From Oopsacas minuta (taxonomy: Eukaryota > Animalia > Porifera): 64,000 nucleotides of DNA. A model generated the notes under the pieces. It worked only from the letters and a program-made list of their open reading frames with translations, was not told the origin of the DNA and searched no databases. Every line of letters starts with the position of its first letter. Position 1 is the first letter of the stretch. The position numbers and the translations under genes were made by a program. The DNA is taken from the NCBI GenBank assembly GCA_024704765.1, contig JAKMXF010000111.1, positions 574,619-638,618 on the forward strand, read 5' to 3'. Below are positions 23,601-32,430 of this stretch, one piece after another.

Positions 23601-26600
23601 TATCTTCTCAATCCCAATCGTTATCAGCCCCTGGATCTTCTTGCTCAGCTGATGGAGGGTTTGAAGGAAGATGTTCCTCTCCTGTTTGAGGAGGGTTGTG
23701 GTGGGACATTGGGGTCTGGCTGGTCTAGGATGAGCGCTTATGATGTCACCAAGTTGGTACAGTTTAGAGATTAACTTTGCTATTATCGACTCTATTATTC
23801 TGCAGTCCTGTATTGTTTGTATACAAAACTCTCTGCTGAGACAATCAAGGAAGGCTAGGTGTCTGTAGGTTTCTCCTACCCCGTAACGTAAGGCGTACTC
23901 CTCTAGCAACCGAGTTGTGGAAGGATGGAATGTTTGCTTGTCAGTCTGATTGTAATAACGTCTCAGCTGTTGAATACTATCAAAACTATCTGTAATATCG
24001 GTATTAGCATTCTCCCGCCGTGGGGTTAGATATCCCGTTAGACAATTACTTAGCTCATACTGTAATAAAATACTCAGTAATATACTGTAGCATTTGTGTA
24101 AGTCTCTAGGTAGAGGGACTCTTATAACAGGCTTACTGCGTGTATCAGCCTCTATCCTGTGGTAGAAACGGTGTATTAGAATATTAATTTCATTCTTCTC
24201 TTCTCTTAGCCAATACTCATACGCTGCTTTTGATGGAAATGCATTTTGTCTGTAATAAGGGTGCTGGCTCTTCTCCAGGACTTGGAAACGATGCAATAAC
24301 TCTCTGTAAAGAGTCTCAGATTTCCCTGTGTAGCTTTTCACGAAGAGTCCTGCTTTAGAACGAACTGATTTCCCAATCAAGTTAAAATCACCTATCACTA
24401 GTCCGAATGCTTGTCTCAAATGTGTCAGTAACATCTCTACAGTTTCTATGTGTTGAGACTCTGTAATGTGACTATTCGTGAATCTCCCGTTATGTTGCGA
24501 TACAGTACTCTCACTGGATACCTCATTCAGTGGAGGGAATGGTTTCTCCTTAACTCTACTATCTTCTGTCTGAATAGATAACGGTGATATTGTATTGGGA
24601 TGTGAGCATAATGAACTAGTGTCTATTGACTGGAATATTACACTATCATGATTCTGATTTGGGAGATCAACAACTGATAAGAACTGGAGCGTCTCTTGAT
24701 GCTGATGGGGATTGTTATTATCGTCCTCTTCTTGTTCCAACTCTGGGGGAGGGGGAGCTGAGAGGACAGGAAACTCCGCACACAAGTAAGCTAGCTCTAG
24801 AGATCTCTTCTCATCTTCACACAAATCTCCAAGTTGTCTGTTCCTTCCTAAATCCCAACGCACCTTCAGTCCGTCCATATGCGCAAACCTTGAAGACATG
24901 GGTTCTTCCAGCTGCTGTATGGGTCTGAGAAGAGAAGATGGATAGGTGAACCCTTTCGTAACCTTTGGGGGCGGAGAGGCAATACAGAGTTTTACACAAG
25001 CATTATTCTTTGTGAATCTTAGGAAGTATCTGTGTAAGAGAATCAGATTCTTAGAATGAGAAAGACAACTTCCAGCCTTGTTAGAAGTTAAATCTGGTAG
25101 CACGTGAGCATTTGGAGGGATAGGATTCTGAGATCTGGCGCTCTGGAACTTGTTCCAGGTCTCCAACTCCTCCCCCAATATCTCTTCTAATACTTGTTTA
25201 GTTATGACAAGGAGACATCCTGCTTGTTGTTCGGGAAGAAATTTCCATTTCAGTTTACCCTCTACCTTAATATAATGTGTAAGCAGAGACGTGCATGAGG
25301 TATACGATATATTGGATGTCTTTTCTGTATTCGATCTTAGTTTAGAGAAATTGTTATGAATGGAAGGGAATATATTAATTCCAGTCTCACTCAAGTTACT
25401 ACTATCAGTTGTCTTCCTTACCACAGTGAGGGGGTTTTCAGTCCTCGTAGGTTCCTCTGTCTCCCTCTGAACTATACTAATTTCATCTACTACATTAGTC
25501 GCCATGTATTTAAAATTTAATTGCTTGCATTTTATGAGAAAGACTATTATAGTTTAGTTTCAGGATAACCTCCTTTTCAGAATATAAAATGAGTTCAAAT
25601 TTCACTGTCATTCGATCTAATCAATGACTAATATATTCAAAATTATGGAGTATAAAGTTCTATTAGCTAATCATAGTGCTGTACCCAAAAATATGTGTCG
25701 TGTTTAGTTGGCAACTAAGTGTAATTGTAAATCTTCTCAATTACTCAATTAACCTTCTATTCAGTACGTATTAATACTTTGATTTATAGCGCTGGAAGTG
25801 CTAAGAGTAATGCAGTGCTCTCAAATTCAAGTAAGTTGAATCCATTTTCTACGATTTAGACTAGGAACCGTTGTTATATCTTTGTGTATTTAGTTGGAGA
25901 TGCTACGGTGATTAATAGTCGGATAAGCTCCAGTTGTGTGGAGCTAAGCTGGACTCATCTTATCTTCAATTTATCTTCTATCGCTTCTGAAACGTTTATT
26001 ATATCTATTGACAACACTACTATAGCTACAGAGCATAACGGTACTCTTATTCTGGTATGTAACCTCATTACAGATGGTATCCCTTTCTATCTGGAAGTAA
26101 CAAGTTCTAGGTAATTCGTCAGGGAATAATTAGCAATATTTGATTTTAATTAATTTGTATTATAGAGTTGGTAAAATATTCTCCGGCAGTATAACAATTC
26201 CTCTCTCCATTTCATTCCCCTACTACATACTCCTAGCAGTCCTACTCCCTGCCCTTGTTGCCTTCCTACTCCTATTATGCTGTATTGCTATTGTTATATG
26301 CTGCTGGAAATCTAACAGATATGCAATATTCAAAGTACAAAAAGATAGCAATAAAGGAAGAAACTACTGGTCTAAAGAGGAAGAGTTTGTTGTTAGTCAA
26401 ATTTATTTATTCAATATCAGAATTTTATATAATTAATCCTGTTAGGAGGTTTCGCCAGTAGACATCCAACCGATGGAAGAAAGGTTATTTGTTCCTCAAC
26501 AGAATAGAGACAGGAGCGGGACATTTGATTCATCAGCTGATTCGTGGATGGATAGAGGACGGGTAAGCTAGCACATACCCTGTGTGTGTTATTGATTTTA

Positions 26601-27708
26601 TTCATATGCTAATTAGTTGCAGGATGTAGAGCAGGGAGTAACACGTAATCACAATAGAGACAATTCATTCGACAGCACTTCTTTCATCTTATCTGAGGCA
26701 CCAGATGACTCTATGTATTGTAACACTATCAATACTACAATGGCTTCAGATGACAGATCTATTTCACCTAGGAAATATTCCTCACTGAGAGGTAGGCCTC
26801 GCTTCCTGCCTCCAGGCTCAGATCTGAGGAAAGCTAAAAAGAGTCATTCCTGGCATAATCTGAGACATAAGCGTTTTAGGAGGTCAGCTAGTAAGCTGAA
26901 TGATACAGACAAGAGATCTTCTGAACTCTACAAGAATAATAATAAAGATGAGTCTACACAGAATATAGGAGAGAGCATTACTACTGTGACAGATTCATCT
27001 ATTGAGATGTATGATAATCCTAGCACAGATATACAACCAGTAGAGAGTCCTCCTATAGCATTAATCGCTGTATCTACTGAGTTATATCAGGGCAATGAAC
27101 CTGATAATGTTATTGAACCTGAATACAGAAGTACATCTATATCAAACTCATCTACTGATATAAGCAGAGATTCTACTGAGGATATTATACTTGATCCATC
27201 AGAGCCTGTCTCTAAACCCATTGTATCACACACCCCAGCTTCTGGTCCCATACAGGACAATACTCTCCCTACATTCTCAGAGATATATGACAACAGAGTA
27301 GCTACATACGATTTGGATGAACCAATTACTCCAATTGATATTTCAATAGAAGAGGCTACTATTGCTACTTTTCTGCCTAAAAATAACAAGCATGTGACTC
27401 GACCCTCTCTCGACCTCTCAGCTGGTCACGTAATGGGTATGACTATAGCATACGAAATAGGGGACCTACCCCTTGAGGAGAACAAACCACGCCCCATACG
27501 TCATGACCGCTCATTCACTAGCCTCCCCCTTGAAGAAAATGTACCCTCCCGTAGAAGTATATTCCAGATTCCTGGAGAAGAACCACTTAACCTCTCCTAC
27601 GATATGGAACCGGATCAGTCAATTATTCTTATGGGACCACCTGAACCAAGCAACCAAGTGACCTCTCAACCAACTGAGGACACAATTGATACACAAAATA
27701 CAGAGTAA
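11619..27708 (+). CDS. Giant type-I membrane adhesion protein: signal peptide, LamG-like and laminin-N (usherin-like), Thr/Ser mucin stalk, TMEM132-like cohesin/BIG region, second cohesin, dockerin, FN3 repeats, TM, long cytoplasmic tail
   Basis: Signal MNIQRVIASLMLSLIFIFSIL. Exon near 12611-12870 NPESAIDDNPCTYWQS...IQLIRIQFESPP (LamNT). TMEM132-like CYSSDVSIAKISQDCTHLYVDGSELKG and LRLTDPILN...CTSKFQ. Dockerin at 17685-17890. Phase-compatible downstream exons 20220-20439 (FN3), 25790-25830 (NSAGSAKS), about 25893-26110 (FN3), TM exon YYILLAVLLPALVAFLLLLCC, tail to TAA 27708. Confidence 0.8.
12941..13025. mobile_element. 85-bp pogo/Tigger-like MITE in a receptor intron
   Basis: TA|CAGTTAACACCGGTAAC...GTTACGGATATTGACTG|TA; imperfect 17-bp TIRs with TA flanks. 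Confidence 0.7.
13926..14195 (+). repeat. Coding minisatellite, 9 x 30 nt (TSTSTSTIL[P/S])
   Basis: Nine near-identical ACTTCTACTTCTACTTCTACAATATTA(CCA/TCT) units plus a partial unit to about 14220; no spacers. Confidence 0.95.
18757..20088 (-). CDS. Coiled-coil + NHL-repeat beta-propeller protein, nested antisense in receptor intron 18676-20219
   Basis: N-terminal coiled coil, then NHL repeats LSNPAGVAV..FFVADYNNNRV, GPWGLC..IYVTE, GEFIDPTGL..LYVCDRLNNRIQVF, FLKPAGIAI. No RING or B-box. Confidence 0.88.
   Translation of the reverse strand: MAEKEILQGNSDYLDLLKFTLTQVDDKYENLIQSINSHKSKLQDEIHDLEREYIELEDVRGNELAKLRSVMSTYESGSRNDNRLNEVQTRVLTGIQREIDYLGNLNHEKTVRFRWDGQLEGKIAKLGNIEVNKKLDKDEPVEDKEEIHKEDSNAMNEDISSYKAIKYPKVESYSVGSEIDQLSNPAGVAVCQDNSFFVADYNNNRVSAYTQWGKLKFSFQHPGMMGLVNNMDGPWGLCCHGNNIYVTESRTSSKHAAVKMFDMQGKYCDGIVRYGNKEGEFIDPTGLDFDSRKKELYVCDRLNNRIQVFSHNLVFKGIFTDRLIYQPRDIKVCLETVYILDENDPCIQMFDKITSRIKIHLITQGLKRDVLCSWFFTIDVYGNLLISDKDSNLICIFNQEGKLLYKLGNRETINFLKPAGIAINASGNIISVSEKPMGCIQIL
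20532..25505 (-). CDS. MUN-domain (Munc13-homology) protein with a DEP-like C-terminus, intronless, nested antisense in receptor intron 20440-25789
   Basis: MHD2-like RLAPALNYLGDCLNFLGRYLYPDVFRYSLQRIWYNIIRGLE; MHD1-like FIEKWNVGIQNEMTLFIKSIIKSDKWE; LLEEYALRYGVGETYRHLAFL; DEP-like FTGKELITALM...ISKDLIKQGDI. No C2 domain recognised. Confidence 0.65.
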   Translation of the reverse strand: MATNVVDEISIVQRETEEPTRTENPLTVVRKTTDSSNLSETGINIFPSIHNNFSKLRSNTEKTSNISYTSCTSLLTHYIKVEGKLKWKFLPEQQAGCLLVITKQVLEEILGEELETWNKFQSARSQNPIPPNAHVLPDLTSNKAGSCLSHSKNLILLHRYFLRFTKNNACVKLCIASPPPKVTKGFTYPSSLLRPIQQLEEPMSSRFAHMDGLKVRWDLGRNRQLGDLCEDEKRSLELAYLCAEFPVLSAPPPPELEQEEDDNNNPHQHQETLQFLSVVDLPNQNHDSVIFQSIDTSSLCSHPNTISPLSIQTEDSRVKEKPFPPLNEVSSESTVSQHNGRFTNSHITESQHIETVEMLLTHLRQAFGLVIGDFNLIGKSVRSKAGLFVKSYTGKSETLYRELLHRFQVLEKSQHPYYRQNAFPSKAAYEYWLREEKNEINILIHRFYHRIEADTRSKPVIRVPLPRDLHKCYSILLSILLQYELSNCLTGYLTPRRENANTDITDSFDSIQQLRRYYNQTDKQTFHPSTTRLLEEYALRYGVGETYRHLAFLDCLSREFCIQTIQDCRIIESIIAKLISKLYQLGDIISAHPRPARPQCPTTTLLKQERNIFLQTLHQLSKKIQGLITIGIEKIASANCVHNNHKAIKRILNGAIVLLELVMDTHGTLQNLTNIQTKSKNNMLSVEAMLTRWFKSFVAETYGHQKLRIAKDHNTENPENSEDCSANTLNPVMVNKLLSVVSLEIRRMREYYQEPLRNYFNVSQLVTSEYYKFICQDIEYLCRRHCRNFSIEPGKLRMTEERDLNMMGLMFNLDHNDTVLWTSYLPEQSIAWRNEFLRLFIEKWNVGIQNEMTLFIKSIIKSDKWETRIADPITNEYKATPISSLKQEFAKSPNSAFSSLFPQPNPRLLSEDSDNGPMIPQSVHGNQTIGFSPNPSTTEDEASMRDRYMSPSSSDFNNILDYDINEGNCSQSQHTTTSENSDTKQSKHNSSNLTLFSKRESSTDQEEGGYTPVNNNNNNTTIPRPIPNSNQLGNVRRKLPVSNSLIDVLIMLSRYTSLIINILQTLSPLKFIRNRSHIVHAGLPLEVLKVKKFVDYTRTINAQMKQTLYTEASNTLSKICLTFAYNFICMDYCGLSRDETLEIMNGDKDNLLEQLEQLTRDKLTYGCRHTIQSGDYSHLCATGKRHTGDQTIEKLSKEMALRINNLYVITTMWEELNSRLLEKMSTQNIVPQSAYFWSTSTTDMQTPLTGNRSLGEGEDQIYSFSNESENEIDANTAAQTQIKLEKALKLEVNVLAYKINSGFLQFFSVLIELNLPEFNEKQRLAPALNYLGDCLNFLGRYLYPDVFRYSLQRIWYNIIRGLENKAKIILKRINSTQRARAITELYLHVLSCLINFFKCSPDQGGLDSHLLMDTSEFFSYLLHFHLLESVALLKLFKVLKGECSGGYQIEFSNTSLDNENPSLDMENTLTAHTGLSRPEIISFLDVKLSCVRKSFTGKELITALMALRADTIPREWKGAQYGWEPIAKEISKDLIKQGDITQLSLSQERVGDGNIDGFSLNKYYRIVHSRRIVRSICYNPEENTQNFKASNLSLYQDSEADFDEAKMNTLQYIYDILRLREKEHRVTEFLRSLNHELVSVLNRDRSVGFDKLLVVHD

Positions 27709-27943
27709 AATCTTCTAACAAATATTTACAATTTCATATTTTATCGCAGCAATAACAAATATTAGAAGTTTGTATTAGAAGAATTATATCTTATTTTTAG
27801 CATTATCGCTCATTTCTTCTGGACCTGTTCAAATAGTTCTTCCTATCCCAAATTAAGGGATTTTCATTTATTCTTTCTGATTAATAAAACGGGAACAAAT
27901 ATGGAAACGGTCATAGAAATATAATTAACAGATGGCAATAAGG

Positions 27944-28071
27944 CAACGGTTCCCAATCTTGGACCCCTATACCAATTTTTACGCGTTATGTGGACACCTG
28001 AGTCCTGAGATCCTGTGGCTGTCGTCCGTGGACCACCAAAGGGTCAATGGACGCCAGGTTGGGAACCGATA
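27944..28071. mobile_element. 128-bp hAT (Buster/Charlie-type) MITE
   Basis: CAACGGTTCCCAATCT...AGGTTGGGAACCGATA with 8-bp TSD caataagg / caatatgg (1 mismatch; TA at positions 4-5). Confidence 0.8.
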
Positions 28072-28857
28072 CAATATGGAGACAGACAGATTAGTTTATG
28101 GAATACTTAATAATATCAGGGTAAAAAGGAAGGCTATTAGGTACATTCGTGGAGGACGAGTAGGCAAGCAAGATGTTAATATATGATGCTAAAACTACAT
28201 TAGAACCTATTTAAGTGGGGGAAGTCGGGACAGCGAATTTCCTGATAACCCCCCCCATTCCCCATTCCCCATTTATAATTTCTAATGTAAAGTATTTTAA
28301 CCTGAGCTTTTTGAGTCAAAATACATAGCCACTTCCTCCAACGACTGTTTTTCAATGATATTTTATTATTATAATGTGCCTTAAGGTTGTTGGTTAAATA
28401 TAAAAACTTATAAGGAAGTTTTTTCAGGAGAAACCCAAAGATTTGAATCCATCAAAGAGCGATGAATACATATTTTTTCCAAAGTTAACATAAAAATTTA
28501 TTATTCACGAAAATTTATCGTAGATTTCCCCGATTTTATAGCTTTGTTTCTATGGAAAGGAATGAAGATGGACAGAAATAGCCCCGGTCATATAAGTTGT
28601 ATTATACATTAATAAAATATTTAATACGTAATTGTAATACTCCCCCAGATTACAGACAATATAAGAAACACATTAATTGACTGATAAAGAAAATAACTGA
28701 TCCATTTAATTAATTAAAAGCATACCTAAAGAGTAGTAGTGTATCTATGGCAAGACAAGCTAACATGTGGTTAAAAACTACAGCTCTACTATATTGCCTT
28801 ACAATGGAGAGGAGCAGTATGTATATAGACCGCTGTGATTTAGGGAATGTAGGGGCA

Positions 28858-30072
28858 TTATTGGGCCGGGATAGACGTGTGATTGACTGGGATTGAGTCT
28901 TTTCCTTGTCTCTCCTGTACCAGTTCTTTCTCGAGTTGTGCCACTTTAGCTTTGAGGTCTTTCGACTGTTCGAGGGCTGATTTGAGAAGGAATTCTGCCT
29001 GCCTCCGTTTCTTGACTTCATCTAAGTGTTGATTAGTCATCCTCTCTAGAGCTGAGGAGAGATGAGATATCTCTGCGTTAGGACTCCCTTCATCCGGAGA
29101 TAGACCCAGATCTTCTGCTACAGCTGTCAGGTCCAGACTGGTGACGGAATCATTGGTGAAAGGATTGGTCCCTCCCTCTGCGAACGGATTAGGCTGTATC
29201 AAAGGCTTAGAAGAGTTCGATTTCATCTTTATGTACACAGAGCTAGCTGGGGTCCTGAAACTAATAGGATCATCATTGACAGGACGCCAGGGGTCCGAGA
29301 TTGTAGCTGATCGTCCTGGAGGAGTGGTAGTTCCTTGTACGGGATTAACCGGCGGAAGTAAATTCGCGACAGGATCAGATAAATCTACTAATAATACTTC
29401 GCTAGAACTTTTCTGAGGTAAAACTTCTTTAGCTGTCTCTTCTGTTTTGGTAACTTTCACTTCTTCAGTAGCTGGTGTGACCTCGTTCTTCTCCTCTCCG
29501 TTCTCATCAGCTGGCTTCTTTGGAGGTGGGTTCAGTTTATGACACACCTCGAAAGCTTGTCCTATCGTCCTAACACATCTGAGACTATGTCTCTTCTTAC
29601 GACCTTTAAATACAGAGCATTTGAAGGAGTCATCTACTGGGTCACGGTAGATATAACTATAAATCTTCTTGTCACGTGAGTCATGTGAGACATAGAATAT
29701 TTTGTAAATCGGGTTAGAAGCTAGCACCTCTTCTTCCTCGTCCCACATTTCGTACTGAGCAGCTGGTCGGAAATAATTACGTCGTTTCTTAGGACGCCGA
29801 ACTACTTTCACTCCTTCGATTGAAATTATTAGAAGTACTCGAATTTTCTTGACACGCCGTTCCCGAAATTCTTGGCGAGTTCGTCTCATAGCTAGAATAA
29901 TATCAGCCTTATTGTTCGGCTTGTTAATTTCTAGAGTCCCAATAAATCTGGCTTTATAAGGGATCCCTGTTTGGAACTCCTCGTCCGAATGTTGCCACAC
30001 TTGGTCATCTTCTGTCAGTCGTCTGTGTCCTCCTGAGCGTCGCACGCTGGCCCGAGCCTCGTCCGTGTTCAT
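28858..30072 (-). CDS. NOS1AP: NOS1AP/CAPON-family PTB-domain adaptor, intronless
   Basis: FQTGIPYKARFIGTLEI, AMRRTRQEF, PIYKIFYVSHDSRDKKIYSYIYRD, VRTIGQAFEVCHKL, and a C-terminal coiled coil. Confidence 0.9.
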   Translation of the reverse strand: MNTDEARASVRRSGGHRRLTEDDQVWQHSDEEFQTGIPYKARFIGTLEINKPNNKADIILAMRRTRQEFRERRVKKIRVLLIISIEGVKVVRRPKKRRNYFRPAAQYEMWDEEEEVLASNPIYKIFYVSHDSRDKKIYSYIYRDPVDDSFKCSVFKGRKKRHSLRCVRTIGQAFEVCHKLNPPPKKPADENGEEKNEVTPATEEVKVTKTEETAKEVLPQKSSSEVLLVDLSDPVANLLPPVNPVQGTTTPPGRSATISDPWRPVNDDPISFRTPASSVYIKMKSNSSKPLIQPNPFAEGGTNPFTNDSVTSLDLTAVAEDLGLSPDEGSPNAEISHLSSALERMTNQHLDEVKKRRQAEFLLKSALEQSKDLKAKVAQLEKELVQERQGKDSIPVNHTSIPAQ

Positions 30073-30550
30073 TATATCTTAGAAACGCTAGATTACACGA
30101 GTTAGTTTGCAAATAATACTATTTTGGTCACTACGAACTCAACTATTATATAATATAACCAATGCCTATATTACAATGAAGAGGAGATGGTATTATGAGA
30201 ATGGACTCAACAGAAATAGGATATTAATCCCACTCTCTGATTCTTCCTATCACTAATAAGTTCATTATATCGTTAACACATTTATAACATCAATAGTATC
30301 ATCGTCTGTGAAAATATTATCAGCGGTTTGAGGTAATTACAAACTTTGAATTCAAACAAAAGAAAGTCAAATCTAAATTTTGAATTTGAAGATTACTCTA
30401 ATGATATTTTAGATTGTTCATATAATTATCTAATTTGGCTTTGTGGGAGTAAAACATAGAATATTTCAATATTGTGGTAGAGATAGCTAATCCAGTTATG
30501 TATGGAGGTTTTTGATGAATTATTATTGCTAGAAATTATCATAGACACAT

Positions 30551-32167
30551 ATGGCTGAAGCTAATCCAGCCTCATCACTCCCCACTACTAGCGAAATAAC
30601 GACAGCACGACCTGCTTATGACGTCGCTTTTCTTGATGATTTATTGACAGAGGATGAAAGTGGAAAAGTCATAGCAGGTAAAACAGGGACAGCAGCCACG
30701 ATAGACTCCCAGGCACTTGATGCAGTAGTCAGTGAAATGTGTGAGTTTCCTGAGAAGAAGTATGCATACCTAACGAACCCACCCGTTGCTAAGAGAGGTC
30801 CAATAAGCTCTTTCTGTAACTTTGTGGGTGGAAGGTTTAACAGAGAGCCAGAACACATGGTAGACACACGGACGGGTAGGAATTCATTGCAAAGTATATC
30901 CATTAGTTCTAATTACACTCTATTATGTCACAGGGTTAGTTACGTTATCACCAACAGCTCAGCGAATAATAAGAACTTGTTTCACTGACATATCTCCTGA
31001 GGAAATCGTGGATTATCATACTCATATTATTGGACACGGAGAGGACACTTCAGGGTCCACAGGGTGCTATTTACACCCTGCTATGAAGTCATGGAAGCAC
31101 CCTACACAGCACCTGAAAGGTCTTGTATTCCTATCTGCTTGTCAAGTAGCAGATAAGCATTTAGGAGACCTGCAATTCATTTCTAGGTAACATAACTTGT
31201 AGTATATACTTATTTAAATGAACTTATTACTTGTCTTAGATTGCTTCGATTGAACACAAACTTTGTTCCATCAGCTCTCCTCCCTGTACCTTCCCCCTAC
31301 ACATTTAGACACGGACATAACTGCATATTAGCATTTGACAAACTCTACACACTAGCAGGAGAGGAGGATCTCGCTCACACCTCCCTGTATGTGCCTAATA
31401 ATTACGTATTGGAATTAGCTAAAGATAGTCCTGGTTCATTTTACCCTGTGGGATCAGTACACCCCTATCGTGCTGATGCTATAGCAGAGCTAGAGAGATG
31501 TAGCTCTCAAGGTATATCTATCATAAAATGGTTACCTAATTCTCAAGGAATAGATCCTAGCTCTGAGTTATGTGATCCATTCTACAACAAAATGGTACAG
31601 CTAAACCTTACACTACTGATACATACAGGGTATGAACACGCGGTTAATTTCGCTTACCTCAATAACGCATATGGAAATCCATTGCTCTTACGACGTCCTC
31701 TGAACATGGGTGTCAGAGTTATAGCTGCTCATGTAGCTACAGAGGGGTCATCGGAGGATACGGAGTCTGTACCTCCCAAGAATGTCCCTTGTTTCGATCT
31801 CCTCCTCCGTCTCATGCGAGAGGAGCAATACAAACAGACTCTATTCGCGGATATTTCCGCTATAACCGGGTTTAAACGTATACCATATCTTCATCGTCTG
31901 CTAGCTGCTACTGACATACATTCTAACCTAGTGTATGGTTCTGATTACCCTATACCAGCTATTAATATAGTAGTTAGTGTGAGTAAGATTGTTAACGCTG
32001 GATTACTCACTTATCAAGATGGAGTCTGTCTGAAAGAGATTTATAATTACAATCCACTTCTATTCGATTTTATCCTTAAGAGGAGACTGACTGGAGAAAA
32101 TTCACAGAGATTTCCAGTATCAGTTTTCAAAAAACATTCAAAAATTCCTCCTTTTAGACCTTTTTAA
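30551..32167 (+). CDS. Metal-dependent amidohydrolase (Amidohydro_2-like TIM barrel), 3 exons
   Basis: DYHTH, GSVHPYR, KWLPNSQGIDP, LIHTG, IAAHVA, ADISA, YGSDYP. Introns at about 30876-30933 and 31188-31239 join the track ORFs in frame. Confidence 0.85.
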
Positions 32168-32430
32168 CTATCAAATTTTTTGTCAGTAATTATCATATTT
32201 TGTAGATATTTATTTGATGACGGAATGTATCATTCTATCGATGGAGTCAGACTACGTAATTATGGTTTAATAGACTAAATATAATTTAGAGATACGTACA
32301 ATACTTCGCTTAATTAGGACACTTGTTCTTAAAAGTCTGATTAAGCTGACGACGATTAGATTGACTATATTTCTATTCTTGTCACACTTAGCAAATCTTC
32401 TTTTAACTTTTATACAAATATTCTAAGGTT

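Noticed and set aside
25704-25718. TTAGTTG-G-CAACTAA quasi-palindrome upstream of the MUN gene
   Set aside because: Too short and single-copy to distinguish from chance.
27932-28186. 84-aa ORF
   Set aside because: It runs through the hAT MITE and has no recognisable protein features.
28214-28540. GGGGGAAGTCGGGACAG resembling a DNA-transposon end, plus C-rich runs
   Set aside because: No matching inverted end or TSD found.
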